The notes below the pieces were generated by a model, which saw only the letters and a program-made list of their open reading frames with translations, was not told the origin of the DNA and ran no database searches. The position numbers were made by a program, and so were the translations under genes. A stretch of 54,550 bases of DNA from an uncultured Saprospiraceae bacterium (GTDB lineage: Bacteria > Bacteroidota > Bacteroidia > Chitinophagales > Saprospiraceae). Shown here one piece after another: positions 35,529-43,035 of this stretch; the first letter of the stretch is position 1; every line of letters begins with the position of its first letter. The stretch lies in assembly GCA_964392655.1 (NCBI GenBank), contig CAYMQY010000001.1, positions 1 to 54,550 on the forward strand, given 5' to 3'.

Positions 35529-36860
35529 TTAAAGTGAACGTTGTTGTTGCATAACCGCCCACTGGAACAGCATTCCTGTGAGGGTTTTGTTTTCGGCAAA
35601 TGGGGTAATGGCGTGGTCGGCCCGGGCCTGCCCAACTGCGGCGAACACCATGCCCGGACGGGCCGAATACATGGCCCGGGGATGCTGTTGCCACAGTCGG
35701 TACATCTGCCGGAGCCGCTCCGGTTGGCGTTCGTTCAGCGGAAACACGTCGCGGAGCGCCGCTCCCCGCAGTGCCTGCGGCCGGTGCAGCAGGATGGTCT
35801 GTACAAAATCCGGCAGCGCCTCGTGCAAGGCCCGAATGATCGTTTGCTGTGCCGCAGGCTGTTCGCCCGGCGGGTAGAAATTTTCCCAGATGCGCTCCAG
35901 GCGGTCCCACTGCGGGTCGGGGTACAGCACCCGCCCGAAAGCAATGCTTATCTTGACCCGAATCCAGGGGAAGGGGTGCGGATCGCCGTCGGGAAGCCGG
36001 AACACGAAATACTCCGGCAGGCTCACTACACCGATCAGTCCGGTGGTAGCGCTCACGCCCAGGGTGGCTACTGACCAGACGTCGGACAAAATTTCCGAAA
36101 TCCACAGGCGGTAGAGTTTCCAGGCCGTGCTGCGTTGTGGTTCCTGTTCGGCCTTTTGTTCCAGCATCGCCGTGACGGTGTTAACCAAATCGAGCAGCGC
36201 TGCGCCCTGATGCCCCACCTCGTGTACCAGCGACGAACCGATGCCGCTTCCCACCATTCGTTCCCGAGGCACCTTGATGATAGCCACCGGGTTGGAATGA
36301 CCACCCGGCAAACGGGTTCGGGCGCGCCGGATGGCGGCCCCGTGGCCGCGGTCGAGGTAGCAGATCAGCGGCGGCGGATGGTAGTAGTCGCCGTCGAGGC
36401 GCAAGGTGTCGCGGGCAAGTATATCGAGTCCTGCCAACCAGATGCCTGTTTCGTGTTCGCTGCGCTGGTTGAGCACATCGGCAAAAATGTCGAAGGTGTC
36501 GAGCAGGGCATTGAACCGCAACTTAAGCAAGGAAAAGCCCGTTTGCAGACGTTTGGGCGATTCTTCCGGGTTGTCCTGCAGACCGGTGATAAACCGTCGT
36601 ACCTGGCGTCCCAGTTGTTTGCGCCCGCTGCGGATCAGGTCGTGGATGTGACGCAAAGCCCGGTTTTCCAGCCCTGCTGCCACCACCATCGGCATGGTTG
36701 CCTCGAAGGGCTTGACCTGTACCAACCGTGCCAGCAGCGCCTGCGCTTCGCCGATGAGGTGTTGCCGATGTATATCGGAAACCTGACTGTCGGCGCCCGT
36801 TGCGGGTGTTGCCTCGGTCACACGCCCGTGAGGATGAGTTGATTGCCTTGCCGGTACCAT
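35529..36860 (-). CDS. Hypothetical protein with a single HExxH motif (possible zinc metallopeptidase)
   Basis: Contains SSLVHEVGHQGAALLD, with a downstream acidic segment WISEILSDVW about 35 aa later. ATG 36860 overlaps the upstream gene by 43 nt. The alternative in-frame GTG at 36821 overlaps the upstream TGA as GTGA. Confidence 0.7.
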   Translation of the reverse strand: MVPARQSTHPHGRVTEATPATGADSQVSDIHRQHLIGEAQALLARLVQVKPFEATMPMVVAAGLENRALRHIHDLIRSGRKQLGRQVRRFITGLQDNPEESPKRLQTGFSLLKLRFNALLDTFDIFADVLNQRSEHETGIWLAGLDILARDTLRLDGDYYHPPPLICYLDRGHGAAIRRARTRLPGGHSNPVAIIKVPRERMVGSGIGSSLVHEVGHQGAALLDLVNTVTAMLEQKAEQEPQRSTAWKLYRLWISEILSDVWSVATLGVSATTGLIGVVSLPEYFVFRLPDGDPHPFPWIRVKISIAFGRVLYPDPQWDRLERIWENFYPPGEQPAAQQTIIRALHEALPDFVQTILLHRPQALRGAALRDVFPLNERQPERLRQMYRLWQQHPRAMYSARPGMVFAAVGQARADHAITPFAENKTLTGMLFQWAVMQQQRSL

Positions 36861-37468
36861 GTTCCGCTGCTTTGTGCTTGTTGTTGTTCGGGCATCGGAG
36901 GCGTCATCGGCTCATCGGTTTCCTGCATCATGGTGTTGGCGCCGCGAGCAGCCCAAAGCAGACCGGGAAAATTCCGGCGAGCAGCCTGACTCAGGATTCC
37001 ATGCACCATTCGGCGGTTGACCGGCTGACCCGATTGTGCCTGTTGGGCAATATGTCCGGCGGTTTGCCGGGCGGTACGGATGAATTTCCGGGCAAGTGGC
37101 AATTCATTTTCAAACTCGGCCTCGTATTCATTGAGGTAACGGTCGGCAAGCCATGAGCCGGCTTTGTTGCCCCAGTCGGAGCCGGTTTGTCCGCCGATGT
37201 ACCCGCCGATTTTGGCACCGATGGAAGGCAGGGCTTGCCGGCCAACCGATTTGAGGCCCGACACCACCTGCCCTTTGATGGCCTGGCCCATGGGCGAGTT
37301 GTACAGTTTTTTGGCGCCGCCCCAGGCGCGTTTGAGCAGTTTGCCGAGGAAGTAGTCAAGTTCGGCCTCGCTCTGCACATTGAGCAGTTCGTACGCCAGT
37401 TCGTTTTCTTCCATTTCCAGGGTGACTTCGGAGTTGAGTTCGTATGCTTCAAAATTCTCGTAATTCAT
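36818..37468 (-). CDS. Glycine-zipper protein B (216 aa), paralog of the upstream gene
   Basis: Acidic N-terminus, then the ELAYELLNVQSEAELDYFLGKLLKRA helix. (GxxxG)5 zipper G-AKI-G-GYI-G-GQT-G-SDW-G-NKA-G, a basic middle region, and C-terminal SSGTWYRQGNQLILTGV. Confidence 0.7.
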   Translation of the reverse strand: MNYENFEAYELNSEVTLEMEENELAYELLNVQSEAELDYFLGKLLKRAWGGAKKLYNSPMGQAIKGQVVSGLKSVGRQALPSIGAKIGGYIGGQTGSDWGNKAGSWLADRYLNEYEAEFENELPLARKFIRTARQTAGHIAQQAQSGQPVNRRMVHGILSQAARRNFPGLLWAARGANTMMQETDEPMTPPMPEQQQAQSSGTWYRQGNQLILTGV

Positions 37469-37489
37469 GATGTGGAGATGTTTAGATGG

Positions 37490-38239
37490 TTAGAGTGTGA
37501 CGATGATTTGGTCGCCCTGGCGCGTCCAGGTGCCGGAGTTGGGGAAATCTGGTGCTGTGGTTCCGCCGCCACCGCCGTTGGATGTCGGGGCATTGAACGA
37601 AATATTACTGCCGCCAACGGGGGTGAGCAAACCAGGAGCATGTTTGGAGGCCGCCATTTTGAGGGCGTTGCGGGCAATAGCCCAAGGGGATACGCCACGT
37701 CTTCCGCGTGCACGGCGCATACCGGATGCCGTACGGCGGGCAGCGGAGTTTGACAGGCGTACGATCCGGCGGGCGACTTCAAATTCGCGGTCTTCATTGC
37801 TCATGCCCTCCAGGTTTACTTCAAACAGAGTGGAGGCCCAACTACCGAGTTTGCCGCCAATCATCCCACCGACCGGACCACCGAAAAACGACCCGGCGGC
37901 TTTGCCTACAACCGGCAAGGCTGTTTTGGCTACTTTTTTCAAACCGCCGATGAGCGCCTGACCCGCACTGGATTTGGCGAAGTTGGATACCCCGCGGGCG
38001 GCTCGGCGAACCAATTTGCCGAGAAACTGGTCGAGTTCTTCCTCGCTGTTCACGGCCAACAATTCGGCAGCCAGTTCGTATTCGGCTTCCTGACTCAGGC
38101 CGTATTCGCCTTCCCACTCTTCCTCGCCCTCCCATTCGCCTTCGTAGTCGCCTTCGTACTCCCCTTCATAATTGTACTCCTGGTCAAATTCGTTGTTTTC
38201 GAATCCGCCTTCGTTGAGGAAACCATATTCATGGCCCAT
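37490..38239 (-). CDS. Glycine-zipper protein A (249 aa) with an E/Y/G/W-rich acidic leader
   Basis: N-terminal EYEGDYEGEWEGEEEWEGEY repeats, then EYELAAELLAVNSEEELDQFLGKLVRRA. (GxxxG)4 zipper G-SFF-G-GPV-G-GMI-G-GKL-G, an Arg-rich segment, and C-terminal NSGTWTRQGDQIIVTL. Confidence 0.7.
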   Translation of the reverse strand: MGHEYGFLNEGGFENNEFDQEYNYEGEYEGDYEGEWEGEEEWEGEYGLSQEAEYELAAELLAVNSEEELDQFLGKLVRRAARGVSNFAKSSAGQALIGGLKKVAKTALPVVGKAAGSFFGGPVGGMIGGKLGSWASTLFEVNLEGMSNEDREFEVARRIVRLSNSAARRTASGMRRARGRRGVSPWAIARNALKMAASKHAPGLLTPVGGSNISFNAPTSNGGGGGTTAPDFPNSGTWTRQGDQIIVTL

Positions 38240-38519
38240 TTCCTAGTTCATGATGCGATCCATGTTGTGCATAGCAGATAAATTTTGTTTGAATGAATAA
38301 ATGGAGAAAGCATGCTATGCCAATATCCTTTCAAGCAGGATGCCGAAAAAGATAAACCATTGAAAATCAGTTGTAATTGAAAAAAACAGCGAATTTTTTT
38401 TCGGAAAGACCGAAATGGGCAGGGTGGGCGCGAAATTTTTTTCAGGGGTTTTTCCGGGCGAAAAAAATGCTGTAAAAATCATATTTACAACGACTTACGC
38501 CTCAAACACAACACTTGGC

Positions 38520-39506
38520 CTAATGCCCCTCATGCTCAAACACCGCCTCTACTAATTTCAACGCTGAACTGCGAAATTTCCCCGCAATACCTGTCGGAAG
38601 TTCTTCCGACATAAGTAACGGAGCCTCTGCAAACGTGCGGAGCCATTGTACCTCCCGGTACGAAGCCCCGGTAGCAGGGTCTGACTTGGGATCGGATTGT
38701 ATGATGCCCAAACCATACAATTGCATTTTTCCGCTGATGGCGAGTACGATTTCGCCCGTTTGCGCCCGACGGGCCAATGTGCGTACACCTTTCGCCCGAG
38801 CAGCAGCGGCCTCGGCAGCGAGCAGGGGCCACATTTCGTCGAACAGGTCGGTGTCCCACAATCGGTAGGCAGCCCAGTATGGCCGGAGTATTTCCTGCGG
38901 ATTCAACGGCAGGTGATGCATCCGAAAATATGGCTCCCATGCCTCGTTTTTTTCCTGCAAACGTATCCACCAAACGCCTGCGCCGCTGCTGATGCGCCGC
39001 CGCAAATCAGTCCGTTGAATCTGTGTGTTTTGAAAAAGGGGGAATGCGGCAAAAGACTTGACCTCGGCAGGGCGTATTTTCCAAATGTGTACCGACAAAC
39101 CTTTCAGGCGACTGAATTCCTGCTGAAATGAGCCAAGAAGCACAAGGTCATCGGTAGCGATGAGATTTTCGGCATTGCTGCTGTATGTCCAGTTAAACGA
39201 GCCGGTGAGCAGCAGGCGCTCGTCGAGCAGGGCAAACTTGTGGTGCATGAGCGCCGTGTCGCGGTATGCGTACAGGCTTCCGCCGAGTTTTATAAATTTT
39301 TGAAAATCCAGTCCATTCGGATGAATGTTCTGGCTGTCGTACTCCAGCAGGAGTTCGACCGGGATACCGGCACGCAGTTTTTTCAAAAGCGTCTCGAAAA
39401 TATCGCGGTGGGAAAACCAGCAAACGGCAATGCGGATGCTGGTTCGGGCATCGGCAAGATACCGGCAAAGCACGGCGGACAGGTTTTGGAAATATACTTC
39501 AGGCAT
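38520..39506 (-). CDS. Phospholipase D/nuclease superfamily protein (single HKD motif) fused to an unassigned ~180-aa C-terminal domain
   Basis: Canonical HxK(x4)D(x6)GSxN motif: HHKFALLDERLLLTGSFN. ATG at 39506. No signal peptide. Confidence 0.8.
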   Translation of the reverse strand: MPEVYFQNLSAVLCRYLADARTSIRIAVCWFSHRDIFETLLKKLRAGIPVELLLEYDSQNIHPNGLDFQKFIKLGGSLYAYRDTALMHHKFALLDERLLLTGSFNWTYSSNAENLIATDDLVLLGSFQQEFSRLKGLSVHIWKIRPAEVKSFAAFPLFQNTQIQRTDLRRRISSGAGVWWIRLQEKNEAWEPYFRMHHLPLNPQEILRPYWAAYRLWDTDLFDEMWPLLAAEAAAARAKGVRTLARRAQTGEIVLAISGKMQLYGLGIIQSDPKSDPATGASYREVQWLRTFAEAPLLMSEELPTGIAGKFRSSALKLVEAVFEHEGH

Positions 39507-39543
39507 AATCGCTGCCTTTTATTCAAGTCAACTCTCCACACAA

Positions 39544-39924
39544 TCAGGTAGCCGGTGGTGTATTTTCTGAATTTTTCTGAAATACCTTCCGCAACTGGCT
39601 GGGCAGCAAACTGATTCGTTGTCCCAACCAGCGCTCCAGCGTAATGGCCAACAGGGCATAACCTTCGGTAACCCCCGGCGCCGGCACCACAATAATGACG
39701 AAAAAAGGCAAAAAGCGCGGGATGTCCCGCAACTGTTCTTTGGCCTTCTGCAACTCTTCTTCGGAGGGCTGTTTGTGTTTGGACAACAGGAGCAACTTGC
39801 CTGCGCCGTGTCTGGCATAAGTGCGCATCATCTGCTTGGTCTCCACACCTTCCAAAAATAACGCCCACAACAGCATGCGCGGAAAGCGGATAATGCGCTG
39901 GAATTGTGTGCGGATGTAGTACAT
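39544..39924 (-). CDS. Small membrane protein with a LETM1-like segment
   Basis: PSEEELQKAKEQLRDIPRFLPFFVIIVVPAPGV...LLPSQL resembles the LETM1 pattern (charged helix, then a hydrophobic PF..F..VP segment, then LPS) as I remember it. It fits the 37-47 nt spacing of the flanking genes. Confidence 0.5.
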   Translation of the reverse strand: MYYIRTQFQRIIRFPRMLLWALFLEGVETKQMMRTYARHGAGKLLLLSKHKQPSEEELQKAKEQLRDIPRFLPFFVIIVVPAPGVTEGYALLAITLERWLGQRISLLPSQLRKVFQKNSENTPPAT

Positions 39925-39971
39925 GACGTGCGGGTTGGGGAAGGCAATCTAAAACGATCGTGATCAAGTGC

Positions 39972-40898
39972 TTATTTCTCCGGAACCTTGTTCGGATTCA
40001 GCAGCTCGTAAAACTGATCGAGTTTCGGCAAAATGATGATTCGGGTACGGCGATTGATTGCACGCCCGGCGTCGGTATTGTTGGAAGCCAAGGTGTTGTA
40101 TTCGCCGCGCCCGGCAGCAATGAGCCGTTTTGGGTCAATGTTGTAGTTTTTTTGCAACAACCGTACCACCGATGTAGCGCGTTTCACACTGAGATCCCAG
40201 TTGTCGTCCATGCAGGCATTTTTGATGGGCACGTTGTCGGTGTAACCTTCCACCATGACCTCCAGATCGGGGCGCGACTCGATGATTTTCGCAATTTTGC
40301 CCAACACCTCATGCGCACGCGGTGTGAGCATAAAACTGCCGCTTTGGTACAGCATCCGGTCGGAGAGGTTGACGAACACTACCGTCTTGTCCACTTTTAC
40401 TTCCACATCCTGATCGTCAATGCCGTCGCGTAGTACGCTTTTCAGATTGACGGCAAGGGCGAGATTAATGGAGTCGGCACGGGTACGGGCCAGTTGAAGC
40501 AGGTGGATGTACTTGTCTTTTTTCTCCAACTGTGCGAGTGTTTCGCGGATGTTTTCATTGGCAGATTTGGACAAGGTGGTCAGGTCGGTCACTTGTGTGA
40601 GTTGGCGATCGCGCTGCGCTTGCACATCGGTAACCTGCGCTTTCAGGTCTTTGATTTGATCTTCGCGTACCTGAAGTGCCTTTTGAGAACCACCCAGATC
40701 AGCCTGCAATTTGAAGCGCTCCTGTTCACAGGCAGAAAGGCGGTTGCTCAGGTCGCTGATTCGTGCGCCGCAGGCAGTAAGATCGCGGTTGGCCGCTTCA
40801 AATTCAGACTGCAGGGAGAGGTATTTTTTTTTGCTGACACAGGCCCCGAGGGCAATCGTTACACACAAAAAAAGGAAAATTCTGGTGGTGTGGCGCAT
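39972..40898 (-). CDS. OmpA/MotB-family lipoprotein with a coiled-coil N-terminal region
   Basis: Lipobox IALGAC. Heptad-rich region (LQADLGGSQKALQVREDQIKDLKAQV). OmpA_C-like domain GYTDNVPI...NWDLSVKRATSVVRLL...NRRTRIIILP. Confidence 0.85.
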   Translation of the reverse strand: MRHTTRIFLFLCVTIALGACVSKKKYLSLQSEFEAANRDLTACGARISDLSNRLSACEQERFKLQADLGGSQKALQVREDQIKDLKAQVTDVQAQRDRQLTQVTDLTTLSKSANENIRETLAQLEKKDKYIHLLQLARTRADSINLALAVNLKSVLRDGIDDQDVEVKVDKTVVFVNLSDRMLYQSGSFMLTPRAHEVLGKIAKIIESRPDLEVMVEGYTDNVPIKNACMDDNWDLSVKRATSVVRLLQKNYNIDPKRLIAAGRGEYNTLASNNTDAGRAINRRTRIIILPKLDQFYELLNPNKVPEK

Positions 40899-40935
40899 GG
40901 TTATGAATTGAAAGAGGCTGAGGAAATAACTGGAA

Positions 40936-41496
40936 TCAAACCGTCATGATTTCTTTTTCCTTGGCGGCCACGACATCGTCAATGTGTTTGACGTACTTGT
41001 TTACAAGTTCCTGCAAGTCATTTTCGGTGCGCTTACCCATATCTTCCGGCAACCCGTCCTTCACCGCTTTTTTAATTTGGTCAAGCCCTTTGTGGCGGGA
41101 GTTACGCACCCCTACTTTGCTTTCCTCGCCGGCATGTTTGGCTTTTTTCACCAGGTCTTTGCGCCGCTCTTCGGTGAGGGGCGGTATGGACAGGCGAATG
41201 ATTTCGCCGTCGTTAGCCGGTGTAATGCCGATATTGGAATTGATGATGACGCGTTCGATAGGGCCGAGCATATTCCGTTCCCAGGGTTGCACTACCACAG
41301 TACGGGCATCCGATACCTGAATGTTTGCTATTTGGGAAATGGGGGTAGGGCTGCCGTAATAATCCACCATGAGGTCTTGCAAAATATTGGTGGAGGCTTT
41401 TCCGGTACGCAGTTTGGCGAGTTCATGGTCAAGGTGTTCCATGGCTTTGTCCATGTGCGCCTTGGCTTCGGCAATTATTTGTCTTACGTCTTCCAT
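40936..41496 (-). CDS. frr: Ribosome recycling factor
   Basis: 186 aa; contains LRTGKASTNILQDLMVDYYGSPTPISQIANI and IPPLTEERRKDLVK. Confidence 0.95.
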   Translation of the reverse strand: MEDVRQIIAEAKAHMDKAMEHLDHELAKLRTGKASTNILQDLMVDYYGSPTPISQIANIQVSDARTVVVQPWERNMLGPIERVIINSNIGITPANDGEIIRLSIPPLTEERRKDLVKKAKHAGEESKVGVRNSRHKGLDQIKKAVKDGLPEDMGKRTENDLQELVNKYVKHIDDVVAAKEKEIMTV

Positions 41497-41710
41497 ATTG
41501 TTGAATCTTGTTTATTCTGTCAAGTGCATTCTAAATCTGCAAAGAGCGGCAAATTTGACAAGAATTCCGGGTTTTCAGGAACAGAACAAGCGAAAATGTA
41601 CACGAATAGGTTAACAGTTTCCTACGAATTGTACCAGTAGCATACTGATTTGGGGATTGTGCGTACTTTTCGCTCGAAATCGGGCGACAGCCCAAAGGGA
41701 ACACACATCC

Positions 41711-42961
41711 ATGCCGGAATTACAGGAAATAAAACGCACCTTGAGTCGTATTGAAAAATTGGAGCGTGAGGTCAACCTCAAGCAACTGCAGATCAACAGT
41801 CTGTTGGCGATCACCCAGGCGATCAACGAAAACGTGTCGGCGGATGGGCTGTTCAATATGTACAATTCGTTTCTGCGGTGGGAAATCGGTATCCGAAAAA
41901 TGGCGCTCTTTTTCAAGGAAACTGGGCGCTGGGAGTGCGTAACCTCGCTGGGGGTAGAAGATCAATTGCTTCAGTATGACATCAACCTTGAATTGCCAAG
42001 TTTCCGATCTACCCGAGGACTTGAAAATTCCGAGCATCCCTTCGTTCGCGAATTTGATCTTGTGGTTCCGGTCATGCATAAGGATGAGCCTATCGCGTAT
42101 GCTTTCATCGGCGGTTTTATGGACGAAGATGACGTGTACAACAAGGTGCAGTTTGTGACCACGATCACGAATGTGATCGCCGTGGCCATCGAAAATAAAC
42201 GACTGTTCAAAACGCAACTCCGCCAGGAAGTACTAAACCGCGAAGTGGAACTGGCTGCCGAAATCCAACGAACACTTGTACCATCCCGGCTTCCATCCGG
42301 CAGAAACTACCAACTATCCAGCATCTACAAACCCCACTTTGCTGTGGGCGGTGATTACTACGACGTAGTGGAGTTTCCTGACGGCACCATTATATTTTGT
42401 ATAGCCGATATTACCGGCAAAGGAGTGGCGGCGGCGCTACTCATGGCCAATTTTCAGGCAAATTTGCGAGCGCTTGTCACCCGCTGCCAGACCCTGGAAG
42501 AAATTGTGCAGGAAATGAATGCCGCCGTATTCCGCGTCACGCAAGGTGATCGTTTCATCACCCTTTTTCTCGCCCGATATGATGTGGATAGCCGCACGTT
42601 GCACTACATAAACGCCGGACACACACCGCCGCTCTTAATTGGCTCCAACGGAGAAGTTGTTCCACTCAAAAACGGTTGTACTGTCCTCGGCTGGATGCCG
42701 GAATTACCTTTCCTTGAAATTGGCGGCGTATGTCTGACAGATGAGGCTACCTTGTTTACCTACACCGATGGTCTGACCGATGTTAGAAACGATGCCGGAG
42801 TGGATTTCAGCGAAGAAGAACTCATCGCTTTTCTGCAAAAACACATCCACCTTGGCGCCAAAGAACTAAACTCGCGGCTGCTTGAACACGTGGAAATTTT
42901 CCGCGAACGCCAGCCTTTGCCCGACGACATTACGGTGTTGACTTGCAAAGTTTTCAAATAA
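41711..42961 (+). CDS. PP2C-family (SpoIIE-type) serine phosphatase with an N-terminal GAF-like sensor region
   Basis: Contains GGDYYDV, IADITGKGVAAALLMA, TDGLTD and DDITVL. Trimmed to ATG 41711. Confidence 0.85.
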   Translation: MPELQEIKRTLSRIEKLEREVNLKQLQINSLLAITQAINENVSADGLFNMYNSFLRWEIGIRKMALFFKETGRWECVTSLGVEDQLLQYDINLELPSFRSTRGLENSEHPFVREFDLVVPVMHKDEPIAYAFIGGFMDEDDVYNKVQFVTTITNVIAVAIENKRLFKTQLRQEVLNREVELAAEIQRTLVPSRLPSGRNYQLSSIYKPHFAVGGDYYDVVEFPDGTIIFCIADITGKGVAAALLMANFQANLRALVTRCQTLEEIVQEMNAAVFRVTQGDRFITLFLARYDVDSRTLHYINAGHTPPLLIGSNGEVVPLKNGCTVLGWMPELPFLEIGGVCLTDEATLFTYTDGLTDVRNDAGVDFSEEELIAFLQKHIHLGAKELNSRLLEHVEIFRERQPLPDDITVLTCKVFK

Positions 42962-43035
42962 ATCCCAACCAAACAGTTCTTTGTTACCACAATATGTAAG
43001 CGCGGCGCCTCTACCTTTGTCCGCCAAAAAACACC

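Noticed and set aside
35512-36842. ORFs 35512-36105 (-), 35541-36074 (+), 35578-35877 (+) and 36135-36842 (+)
   Set aside because: They overlap the 443-aa HExxH ORF in other frames or on the other strand. They are Arg/Gly/Pro/Ala-rich, whereas the chosen frame has balanced composition and fits the operon spacing.
38307-38323. Minus-strand TTGGCATAGCATGCTTT as a sigma-54 promoter for the cassette
   Set aside because: The GG and GC dinucleotides are separated by 8 nt instead of the strictly conserved 10 nt (TGGCACG-N4-TTGCW). I keep it only as a near miss, noted in the leader-region finding.
39383-39967. Minus-strand 194-aa ORF overlapping the LETM1-like ORF and the start of the PLD-family gene
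   Set aside because: It would overlap the PLD-family gene's 5' end by more than 120 nt. Its composition is Arg/Ala/Pro/His-rich. The alternative 126-aa frame fits the intergenic spacing and has a membrane-protein-like sequence.
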